Assembly (NCBI GenBank): GCA_036172245.1
Contig: JAYWIR010000004.1
Span: 5,828,001-5,892,000 of the forward strand
DNA from: Raillietiella orientalis
Lineage: Eukaryota
Direction of reading: 5' to 3'
DNA length: 64,000 bases
Shown: in pieces, positions 53,701 through 64,000 of the stretch
Position numbering within the stretch: position 1 is the first letter of the stretch
Layout of the letters: every line of letters starts with the position of its first letter
The notes under the pieces: generated by a model
Databases searched by the model: none
Told to the model about the DNA's origin: nothing
What the model saw: the letters and a program-made list of their open reading frames with translations, nothing else
Program-made: the position numbers and the translations under genes

Positions 53701-56700
53701 TACCAGTGAGGCTTGAGGCTAATAGTTCCGTTTTACACATTTGTCAAGGAAATATGCAGACGATATTGGCATTAATACACCTAACTATTTTTTATCTATA
53801 ATATATTAATAACAGCGCGTGTATACCTACACTATATTGAACACATTCATGTATATCTGCATATAAACACAGTCTCGAAAATTCAAAACATCAACAACTA
53901 GTGAAACAAAAAAAAAAAACATAAGAAGCTCTGTAATAAGGAATTGTTCTGCTCGAATTTCAGAGGGAATCGCGACCGGAAACAGGGAGCACATGGAAAG
54001 AGCTCTTTTCGTAACATACATCGCAAAAGAGGTGCAAATCAAGAGAAAATCCTCATATCTCAGTACAGCCGGATCACACCTAGCAATAAGAAAGCGCTAC
54101 GTTTCGTTTCAAGACTGGTTTTCCAGCAAGCAACAAAATGCTGGAAAGGTCAGGTATCGCTGAAGCCTGCTATTACAGTCATCGTCGGGAAGATGCATCT
54201 GAAAAGATCTCTGTGGAACCAGATTCCTGAAAGATGGTTACAATTACAGCCAGAACATTAAACAGAATACACCTCTCCACGATTGAGTAATTCTCTTGAA
54301 TATCAGCATTAAATACTCTTAAACACTGCAAACAACTGCGTCTCAAATTGTCGTTTGCCATGCCATGTTCCCTAAAACTGGTGAATATTTTCAAGCGACA
54401 ATATGTTTGGTCCCTTATACGCTACTACGCTGCTACAGGCAGACGGCAAGACTCCCACAAAACTAAGAGCACCAAGGGCAACCACAACGGAGAAATGCAA
54501 AAAGAAAACCTTATAAAAATGAAAATAGCCATATTAGAGAATTGGGAATAGCTTCAGTTCAGCCTATACTTGATGTAAAAGACGGCATTTTTCGAATGCT
54601 AAAGAAGAAAGAGTACCTGGCTCGCTTCGTTTCTGATTCTCACGTTGACGAAATCGAGAATGGCAGTGGCGATGTCATTTCGTTTTCCCACTAACTGATC
54701 CCGTATGGCTGAAGTGTTAACAAAAAAGGGACCAATCCGAATTTCCGAAGGTATTTCCTGATTCATTTTGTTTGCTTCTTCTCGTTGAAAAAGTATTTCA
54801 TTTTCTATTTCCTCCAAAGTTCGTTCATCTCTTTTGATGTCTCTGGAAAGTACAATAAACGTGAAAACAACATGCGATAGTTACATATTTGTTTGAGTAG
54901 TTCGACACTAAAAAAAAGTTTCCCACTCATTGTGTTGTGGTAGTCCGCGTTATGTAATTTACTTGCCACACAGCACCTTACACGAATCGAAAGTCAGACT
55001 TTAACAGCTAATTTACCAAAATACTATTTCGATGCTTAGGATCTCACCTTTGTCAATTGCTGAGTTGCTTAACATTCAGTTTTAAACTGAATCTCATCTC
55101 AATGAAGTTACTCGGCTTTTGATCGCGCTGACGTCGTTATTTATTGCCTCTACTGTTACATTCTCTTTCAAGAGTTGCGGAAAATTTGGGGGCTTATTCG
55201 AACCGTTGTTCCTGACATTTCAGCGTAACGTGTTTTCTTTAAGTGCATATGGAAATGAAAACACCAAAACTGCGATTTCGAAATCAGGCATCGTGGAGAG
55301 TGAATCGGGCAGCTCTTAGCTAGTGCATGGAAGAATCAGTCTGTGATTTCTGTGTGCAACATGCTAAAGAGTGGGGAATTCAGGGAAACTCTGTGCCTAA
55401 AATGAGATTAGTGAATTCCGAGCGAAGTCAGCTTTTCGTTGCTGCTGTTGGATTCGAAATAAGGAAACGAAGCAACAGCAAACTCGAAACACGAGCGCAA
55501 TCATCCGACAACTGAAGTCCCGAGAATCCGAAAAACGCTCATCCCTAAATGTGCAATGCTTCATTGTTTCAAAAAATTCGGAGCGAAGCACGCCGAAAAC
55601 GATCACCACGTTGGTCCAAAAGAGAAATCAACCGTACTAAGGTTTCTAAACCCAAGACTGATCTTTCCTAACTTTCAGACAGGAAATAATTGTTTTATGT
55701 ATCAGAGATTCTTTATGTATCAACATGATTGACTTTTCCTCCCAAATTCCCTACTTTCGTGATTTCAGTGTGGGTAGTATTTTGAGCACAAAAACAGTTT
55801 GCAATAAGGGATTTTTTTTTCTTTCTTGCTGTCCTTCAGTTTGGCGCAGAAAGTCCGTGAGTCGGTCGTTTCTGAGGTCGGTCATTTCTAAACATTGAAA
55901 TGGAATAGAAATCACTATAGAGTGTTGAGAAACGATGTTCTCATTATGTCCTTATCATGTTATCATTTCAAATTGAAGCCTTTATGAAACATTTGAAAAT
56001 TATGGTAATCTTATTTCGAACTTCAACATTTTCGAAATTGGAACTTATATTGCATTGCACAAATGAACAAAACAGTAAGTTCTGGTTGATTTTAAGAATG
56101 GTCATCCGTAAAAAAATCGGAAATGAATTGCCTTCATTTTGAATAGGTTATTATACAGACATTTTGGGCTCTGTTTTCACGAAGAAAAAACAAATGATCG
56201 AATTCGTTTCCTTTGATGCAGTGATGCCACATTTGTCATCCTTTTCTTTCTTTCTTTCTCACCATCAAGTATCTATTAAAAGTACCGGTGTCACAATGAA
56301 GGAAATACAATTTATTCAAGGTAAAATAATGTATTAAAGTACTAGACAATGCAAAAATGTATATTTTTATATAGCATGAAATTTCCAACCAACCTCAGGT
56401 CTTTGTACTTATGGTTGCGAACGTCTCTAAATGACTGGCATTTAGCATGGTTTCATAGGATTTAGCTGCCGCGGATTTTTGCAGCCCATTAATAATTTCA
56501 TTAACAAATTATTTAACTAATGATTCAACTTTTGGATTTCATCTTTGCATTTTCTTTTTTTTCCACCTTTGTTGTTTGTGCTAATTAACTGCTGGTGTCA
56601 TCTAAACATTTCTGAAGCTTTAAATTAGCAAAGAAGGTACAATTTACAATGCGCAATATTTTCTGATATACGGATTTTTGTAATACGACCTATAGATCAT

Positions 56701-59700
56701 TTTCGAGAATTGCAGTTTTGTCTTGGAATTATGAAAAGCCTTGATAACACTTCTCACTCATTAGATTTTTCAGTATATCAGGATATTTCGCAGATCCTGG
56801 TGTCTAGTTAAGATAAAGAAATCATTTTCTTATAGATCACAAGGATTTCCACTGTAAGTTTCTTACTAATACTATAGATTATTAATAGCAGTAATACATC
56901 GGAATACTCAATGCTTAATAACTATTAAATTATTGCTTTTTTCCATCGTAAGTTTTCTTAGAATTCTTCATTGTGATAGCAAGATGATGGCTGAAGCTGT
57001 ATGAACAGATTTATTCTGCTTCTGGTCACATGTGGTCTCGATTCGCATACTGTGATTTCAAGGCTTTTCTGCTTCGATCTTCTGATATTGCAATGATCCT
57101 GATTGACATAGAGGAACACTGAGGGTCTACATAACATAAGTACTCTTTAACAGTGTAAAACTCATTTACTCCCCTTATTTTTATTCCTCACGTTTGTGTA
57201 AACCAACACTGGTCAAAAGGATAATGTCTTCCACCTCTCTGTGTCATCCATGTAATGATGTATACCGACCTCAGGAAATCGAAAACATGGTTATCTTCAA
57301 GTTTCGATATCTTAGACCTGCATTGGATCTGCATTGGACCTGCATTTCATCGCAGTCAAAGTACATTCTTGGTTCTACATGTTTGCGAGCTATTCAATTT
57401 TGGTTTCTAATTTGTTGTTGTACCAATTAATTCGTTGTTGTACCCTACTCTGTAATGAAATCTTTCCCTGCAAACCAGTTGCATATCCTTGTTACTTTAG
57501 GGGAGAGATCTATGAGTATCAATCAAACTAGGCATACTTCTTTTCAACAGGAAGAATACACAATAGCTAATATCTCAGAATGAGTTTTCATCTTGGAATA
57601 AAACTTCTTGGACATTGTGTATAGGTTAGTAAGCTTTGCTGATTTCTGCCATGAAGCTTAAGATTGGATCTGCAAACACATCCAATCCTATAGATTCCAT
57701 TCCAACAGTTCAAATATTTCATTTATGTATCTCGATTATCCCGTGGAAAACTTAGAGTCTTAGTCTTAGCAGCATTTCACGTGCTTATTGACATCAGCTG
57801 TTAAGAGGTTTCCATGTGCTTCTTCATTACTTTCTTCTTTTACCGGTCACTTGGGATCCACATTTTCCGGTCTCCTCTCGTGCTGAAACATCCGCTTTTG
57901 CATAGACTTGAAGTTCATTTAATGGATGCGTGTGCCTTTGCATTTCTTTTCAAGAAAGATATAAGGACAAATACTGAAGGAAAACTGATTGTAGAATATG
58001 GTTGATAATCATGTGCTTTTTTGCTCTGCATTTGGTTGTTGCTATCAGTCACGAGAACGAGTTATCAGTCTTCCATTGAGCAATCCCACTAGAATGGAAA
58101 CTTTTGTTTGCTTGCTTGTTTGTTTTCATTCGTCAGTCACATGGTCGTATGCAATTCCAAAACGAAGGAAAGGTAATAGGACTGAAATCCACAAGCTGAG
58201 AGTTCAGGGTATAATGCTGTATTAGAGGCAAATGAAAAAAGCATTTCTAAAAAATCTTTACCATCTTTAGAAATGTGTATGATTTCCAAAGAGAGTAAAC
58301 ATTAAATCTTTTTGGAAATACTTAAGCGTTTGGAATAGAGCTTTAAGCTTACCCCATAAAATCGTAATGAAAATCCTGAGATTTTACAAGGAATCATGAA
58401 GATTGATTATAAAGATCTTATAGTTAGAAGAAAGTAAGGTTGTGAATATGACCTCGCAAAAGCAAGTCGTCTAAATATGTGAGCTGCCCCAATGCTAAGA
58501 AAAAAAGAAATCATAATTTTTTAATGAGCCAATACAACGGATAAATAAATAAGTATTTTTTTCTATAAATTCGGTTAGGACCATTATCCGAGACACAATT
58601 CCTTCCTCTGAAAGCTGGAGAAAAATGCTTCCCGATTAGAAACACTCTTAATTCCGGGAGCCCAATAGTAAGCATACAATAAGCAGTTATAAGTATAGAT
58701 AGCCATACTAAGAAGAATAACCTAAAAATGAAAATTCCCAAACAGAATCTGTTTTCAATAATTTCAGCAAAAGGATAAATATCCTGGAAGTTTTCTTCCT
58801 AATACTAAAATTACATCAAGTTCATTCCGAATGCTCCCTTAATTTCCGACTGTGGAGCTGAAAAGTGAACACATTTCTGCATAAAAGAATTGCTATAAAA
58901 TAAAAATACTGTTATGGTACATTATCTGTGTACCATAATGTTTTTATCAACATCTCAGATTGAACTTATCCATCATGTTGAATAAAAATGATTTGATTCA
59001 TAATCATTTCAAGTATGATGAAATTTTGTTTAAAACGAATGTGAGAATAATGAGAAAACAGAGTTGGTGTGTGTAGCAGTGTTTTCACTCCAGCATACAC
59101 GACTGTCTGGAAGAAAGATGATTTTTCGTCATTCAAATCATATAAATAAGCAATAGGATTATAATTCGATTGTATGACGTATTTATAAGTAAGTGTATGT
59201 GGTACTTTTCTGCAACAACACTTGCCTATGAAACTGAAAGTTCGTAACGTTGGATGCTTTACATTAGTCTATTCTTCTTGTATTCAAATGCCTTTCTTGT
59301 TAGAGTCGTTGCTGCACTCCAAGAAAATGATTCTTGCTAAGAAGTCGCGTGTATAATCTCCCATACTTTGCGACCTAATCTTCATATTCATAATTTATCG
59401 ACCCAAATAGAAAAAAAAGTGTAGGCTCCGAAGATAACTGTCGATGACTGCAAACAGGTAAAAAGAGCGAATGGTGGTAACGGTAAGGAACAATTTTTTT
59501 TTCAGTATGCGTGGCGTAAACCTGCGAACTATTATTTATCGTTCCAACACTGAAAAAGTGTGAAATATAGAAAAGTTATTACTCTCGAACTTTTGCTGAT
59601 TTACGAGGTACCTTAAGTGCTTTGAGCGGAATGGGCATGTATAATAATAATAAACAGATTTTCCAAGGGAAAAAGTTCTTTCAGCCTAGGATAATTACTC

Positions 59701-62078
59701 TCATAAATAATGAGTTTCTCATTACAGAAAATGGGATCCAACCTTTCGATGTGTGTTCTCGAGATCGCAGCGGCATTCGAGATCAGAAAACGTGTTACCT
59801 GTGTTGCCTGACTGTCGCTAGAGTGAGGCACCGATATTTTAAATGATAAATCTCTACCTATTCTATCCCTGTTATCACGTCTGCTTCCTAAAGAGCATGT
59901 GCGACTGAAAGTTAGTGAGGAGTAAGGGGATGGAAAAATGGCGCTTTTTGAAAGCAACTGAACTTGGTTAGTCGTACAGAAGCAGGTAACACACCTAGAC
60001 AATTGCTAAAAAGGTTGTGTGTGTGGTATGTGTTGGTCTACGATTACTTCTTTGAACACACCATACGCGCAAATTTTCCTCCCATAGCTTGTGGTGGCAA
60101 TGACCATGTGAGTCACCGTTCTTTCATACCGGGCAGGAATCGCGATTTCCAGTTAAAGGCGGTTTTATATTTCATCTGCAACACAACACGGTTTCACTCT
60201 GGCCCCCTAATAAAAGTCTCATCAGACGTTTGATAAAACATCAAATGTTCGCTTTTTGTTTGAGACCATCACCCTCAGTAATCCCTGAAAGGAGCATCAT
60301 GGTTTTCACTCGATACTCCTGAGGGTGCTCAGTGAAGTGGTGAATTATTCATGATTCATTTAATAATGCTATCTCTGTGCAAGGTATCCAAGATTACTAT
60401 TAATTCTAACCGACTTCCATTGCACATGCATGTTTCATTTGCTTCATTATTTTTCCAAGTCATTTCAGCATTTAGATTGCTACTATTCTTCAAGAAATCA
60501 CACGTGGATATGGGGCAATGAAATGAGTAATTATCCCTATTTTTAGTATCCTTTTAAAGTTCGCTAAACACAGCCAGCTTCCTAACACGTAGAATCCGGA
60601 ATGAAACGAAATCTTGACTTGAGAAAACTCCAAGAAATCATCCGCTGCCCGAGGCGGCGTGCTACCGGTAAATGCTCGCGTCTTAAACTGTTTTAAACAC
60701 CAAGTGAGATAGACGAGGTTTTTTAACAGTAATGTATGCACATCAAACCTCTCATTAATAACTCATTCTATGAATTAGATTATTAACAAAGATGCCGATG
60801 TTCAACGTTAGCCTTATGAGCAAACCGGAAACAATATTTCCAAATACACTAAGATGAAACTTGTAAAGAAATTCTTTCTGCTTCCTCGCAAATAATCAAA
60901 AAAATAGACCTGAAACCCCAACAAAATGCATACAAAAAAAGGAACACTTCTGGATCTTCGAAAAAAGCAAAAGACACATACATGAACACAACGAATTATA
61001 TCGATTATACCCAGATTAATTGAACTTACATCTAGGACGACATTTATGATGCACACCCGTCATTCATGAAATACTGAAACTAAACAAACCGCAATCTCAT
61101 TCACTCCCGTGCAATGATCATACATACACTACTCTTGTGCTCATATGTGCACTGCGGGTACTTAGCTTACAGAAATGAAAACCAAAGGCTTTTCCAAAAA
61201 CCTAGAAAGACAGATTTATACGTAGAGAAAAAACTCCACGTGGTGTTGATTAAAAAACGGTCATAGAAAAACAAGCTTGCTTTTACCGACTCGAACTTAG
61301 CCATTAGTACTACTATTCAAAAGGTAATCAGTTCCTTGAAAAATAATATGAATTTTACTACATTTTGGCTCGATTTTTGCACACTTACTCGATAAAATGG
61401 CTTATATTTGTGTTTGCCAAAGGTAGATATCGTTTGTATTTTTGTGCATAGGTTATCAGAGGTAGATTGGAAGACTTTATGGACTGGATGATTGAATCTC
61501 TTTTCTGACAAATTTCAGGTTCTCCTAATCCTTTTGAGCAAGGGATTGATCAATCACATAAGCTAAGCAAACTTTTTTTTTTTTTACCTACAGATTCCAA
61601 GCGAGGTTTATCAGGCCAGCTGAGATTGTCCAATAAAATGGGCTCAATATGTGGAACATCGTAGGTTGCAGCAATTGCTTGATTGAAAACCTTCCTTAAT
61701 GTTAGCTTGTATGAAAGAACATCGATAATATACACCAAAAATCGAAGTTTGCTATATCAAAACGTAGCTAACTGACATCGAATTTTTTCTTTCACTTAAT
61801 GTTTAATTTATGTATCTTGCCAAATGTTTAAAAATTAATCGATCTAATGCTACCTCGAAGTTTTCCAAGTTAGTTGAAAAAGATATTCCAGTTTCTGTCA
61901 GCAAAATTTCAACGTAGAAGATGGGAGCGTAGTTGGATTGAGGTTTAGTGAGTCCAAAACTTAGGCCATCCTTATCCTGTGAATTAGTTTCATTATGAGC
62001 AGGACCAAAGGCGCAGATTTCAACGAACATATCCTTCAGATGGTCTGTAGCTTCCAAAATAAGAGATCTTAACATATC
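14569..62078 (-). CDS. DNAH1: Axonemal inner-arm dynein heavy chain, DNAH1-like; 60 exons in window, 5'-incomplete
   Basis: Hand-mapped GT-AG exons sum to 10953 nt (3650 aa + TGA) with no frame break. P-loops: [32 protein letters not shown]-terminus [12 protein letters not shown]...[15 protein letters not shown]. Tail segments ([69 protein letters not shown]) track DNAH1 rather than DNAH3/6/7/12. Confidence 0.93.
15644..15664. repeat. (AC)n microsatellite
   Basis: About 10 AC units in a dynein intron. Confidence 0.9.
16596..16630. repeat. 16-bp hairpin with C(GAA)G loop
   Basis: ATTCAAAACAGAGGGC-GAA-GCCTTCTGTTTTGAAT (one G-T pair). Confidence 0.85.
20954..21023. repeat. Long hairpin plus an extra inverted copy of the loop region
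   Basis: GTTTGAGGCAACAACAACAACAAAA-ATAC-TTTTGTTGTTATTGCTGCCTCAAAC, followed by AAAAGTATTTTTGTTG. Confidence 0.85.
22836..23162 (+). CDS. Candidate nested antisense terminal exon encoding a cysteine-rich domain (noggin/trunk-like spacing)
   Basis: 108-codon open frame after TAG, GC-rich, ending [11 protein letters not shown]. Resemblance by eye only. Confidence 0.25.
   Translation, partial: RPRLALLPVVRWTDLEEQNSQEAANEIVRVSGNIRGLCTCPKREAVTEAPFQWHAVVCNKQTTARFELSVLHCLECPTRMRKRSGSQQAANSQFPFLYETPLGCSAKC
23298..25612 (-). CDS. DNAH1: Dynein exon cluster, AAA5/strut: 25338-25612, 24965-25275, 24687-24909, 24079-24274, 23840-24033, 23509-23793, 23298-23453
   Basis: [75 protein letters not shown]. 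Confidence 0.95.
26427..26450. repeat. (AT)n microsatellite
   Basis: 12 AT units. Confidence 0.9.
29924..32009 (-). CDS. DNAH1: Dynein exon cluster, coiled-coil stalk and microtubule-binding domain: 31879-32009, 31726-31831, 31505-31659, 31274-31459, 30991-31155, 29924-30140
   Basis: [81 protein letters not shown]. Confidence 0.95.
33638..37845 (-). CDS. DNAH1: Dynein exon cluster, AAA2-AAA4 (17 exons): 37754-37845, 37538-37692, 37176-37494, 36921-37131, 36714-36876, 36557-36669, 36293-36498, 36077-36239, 35864-36024, 35609-35818, 34992-35231, 34692-34857, 34461-34630, 34160-34368, 33966-34068, 33798-33920, 33638-33758
   Basis: [103 protein letters not shown]. Confidence 0.95.
39982..40762 (-). 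CDS. DNAH1: Dynein exon cluster, AAA1 (Walker B, sensor I): 40649-40762, 40346-40601, 40134-40296, 39982-40092
   Basis: [68 protein letters not shown]. Confidence 0.95.
46031..47026 (-). CDS. DNAH1: Dynein exon cluster, linker end and AAA1 P-loop: 46913-47026, 46656-46868, 46449-46615, 46188-46392, 46031-46128
   Basis: [77 protein letters not shown]. Confidence 0.95.
47632..47649 (+). repeat. Poly-G tract (18 G)
   Basis: Direct read. Confidence 0.9.
48496..51273 (-). CDS. DNAH1: Dynein exon cluster, tail/linker (DHC_N2): 51130-51273, 50840-51082, 50596-50776, 50417-50548, 49738-50058, 49514-49691, 48765-48897, 48496-48723
   Basis: [67 protein letters not shown]. Confidence 0.93.
54617..54842 (-). 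CDS. DNAH1: Isolated dynein tail exon
   Basis: [64 protein letters not shown]; phase-compatible with the exons at 61389 and 51273. Confidence 0.88.
57315..57346. repeat. 11-bp tandem repeat, about 3 copies
   Basis: GACCTGCATTG GATCTGCATTG GACCTGCATT. Confidence 0.85.
61389..62078 (-). CDS. DNAH1: Most 5' dynein exons in window: 61854-62078, 61588-61705, 61389-61530 (alternative acceptor 61524)
   Basis: [24 protein letters not shown] / [39 protein letters not shown] / GLGEPEIC...[26 protein letters not shown]. Confidence 0.85.
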
Positions 62079-64000
62079 CTGCAAATGAAACTCAGAATAC
62101 AGTTATCTAATATTATGAAAGATTCACTATCATTTATTGCTGTATGAGAAACACTGCAGAATTTTCATGAATGCATGAATTTTAAAGTTACAACAACTCC
62201 TTCATCGGTCACTAAATGAATACGTGGTGGCAAGTTTTGCCCAGACAATCGAAAGCATGCATTCTTTGCGACTTCATGTGGCTGCATGGCTGACGTAAAT
62301 CCAATGATTCGAAACACTTTGGAAAAACCAAATGATTTACTTAAATTCTTTGCTTAATTATTTGTTTTCTGTCCTTATTCTTTTGGTCCCTTACAATCTA
62401 CACGGATTCTCTCTCCGCCATGCAAGGCGTATTGTTTCTCTTTGTACCAGTCACCACATGGTCGAAAGATTCAAGAAAAAATTAACTTTTTGGCTCTTCA
62501 GATTCTCTTGTCTTTCCGATCAAGAACACATATTCGAGATTCCATTCCTTGGGAATAGTCTCAAAATATTATGGAATATTTGCTTGTGCTGCTATTGAGC
62601 ATATTTATTTATTTAATCATGACTCAGCTATGATACCACTAAAATCGGTGCAATCTTCATTTTTCATGTGACCGTGAAAAATAAAGATGAGTACTACTTT
62701 GAAATTAAATACAGATTTTTAAACAAAGTAATGTATATGTACATAAGAAAACATAAAATACAAACATATTCAGACTTGTAATAAATCCACAAATGCAGTA
62801 ATATTCTGCAAACCTAAACTTGAGAAATTCAAACGAAACACAATGACACAAATTTGAATTCAGTTGACGAACATTTTTTTCAGGTTCTTGCAATTTTACC
62901 TTGTTTCCAATAAAAACACAACCAGCATCATATGCAAGACCTTATATTATTCAATTTCCTAGACATGGCTTAATTTAATTCTTCTTAACATACAAATGAT
63001 GTGTTTGAGTTTAGCAGTTCGTAAAAGTTATGAAATTGAAGGAGCCTGGGTACAAAAGCGCCAAAGAATTCGTGAAAAGAATCCTTTTAAAACTGTATAT
63101 TTAACTAAATTCGATGCACATTCGCTTCAGAGCATATCCTTGAGAATGAATGCAGTTTTTGCATAAGTGGTTTCTCATATAATGTTTCGTTAGACAGGAA
63201 AAGTCACAGTATTGAAAACCTCTTCGAACTGCATTTGTTTCATTCACAGGCTGAAAAGTGAGCTGTCTCGCGAAATAACGTATGCTACGGGAATGAAGGG
63301 TGCGGAAATGTGATAAGAATAAAAGTACGATTAAACACATGCAGTTCTACTGCATATGCTATGGTATATGCAATACTGATACGCAGTGATTAGTTATATA
63401 TGCAATATTGGTTAAGTATACACACTTTGGTAAATAGCATTTGTAGAGTGCCCCACCAAATGCTACCATATTTGAATATTTCTCCGTGAAACAACTCCGA
63501 TCACTGGATGTTGCGGTTCCCTTTCAAAGAACCTCCCAACACGAGACAACATTCTTAAGAGAAATATTCAGATGAGAATGATTGTTTTTTTGTAAAAGCC
63601 TTTTTTTTTTTTTTCATTATCATAACGACAGAAGCTCAGGTTTGGCTTTATGCTTGTGATTTCTACTGCTCGCCATAGTAGTTCTTTTCGAGACTCATTT
63701 GCAAAAGAACATGAAAGACGTGTTTCTCGTGCAGAAAGGTATTCTGCTCTTGCAGTTTTGTTTTGATTTGGTTCAGTTTCTTCGGTAGCTGGTACAGAAA
63801 TTAAAGTGCTTACGATGTTCGTGAACCATATTCCTCATGTTTCTCTTTTCATTACACTAAGGTTCCTGTAGATTACGCAAAAGTACCTTCTGCATGGTTT
63901 TGAATCTTTTTCCTTTTTCTTTTTAAAAAGCTTGTTCTTTTTGTTTTTTGCAAGTTTATTCACCATTTTATGCTCACCATCATTTGTAAAAATTCAGATG

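Noticed and set aside
55040..56480. Candidate extra dynein exons near 55047-55165 and 56393-56465
   Set aside because: They contain stops, and the homologous sequence is fully supplied by exon 61389-61530 splicing to 54842.
62079..64000. Further upstream dynein exons
   Set aside because: No phase-compatible dynein-like exon recognised; the remaining N-terminus is probably beyond the window.
1..64000. Prokaryotic systems (CRISPR arrays, operons, rRNA, tRNA)
   Set aside because: The sequence is spliceosomal-intron-rich eukaryotic DNA; no repeat-spacer array or structural RNA gene was seen.

Overview
Eukaryotic, intron-rich, arthropod-like genomic DNA. The lineage call rests on the insect-type U2 5' end (GATCAAAGTGTA) and an insect-like Popeye protein. 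Three genes lie in tandem on the minus strand. (1) A DNAH1-like axonemal inner-arm dynein heavy chain: 60 exons hand-mapped between 62078 and the stop at 14569, totalling 10953 nt = 3650 aa + stop in one unbroken frame; the 5' end was not found in the window. (2) A complete 7-exon PSMG2/PAC2 proteasome assembly chaperone (11806-10327). (3) Part of a Popeye-domain (POPDC/BVES family) gene running off the left edge. Introns are bimodal: 38 of 59 dynein introns are 37-66 nt, the rest 91 nt to 6.5 kb. The most unusual element is a 470-bp TA-flanked inverted-repeat cassette (7472-7941) whose arms each end in a truncated U2 snRNA 5' end, set inside what looks like a decayed R2/NeSL-type retrotransposon. 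A 5.5-kb dynein intron (17798-23297) holds candidate antisense exons, one with noggin-like cysteine spacing (speculative). Several near-perfect short hairpins are scattered through non-coding DNA. All homology calls are by eye from remembered family motifs; no database searches were run.
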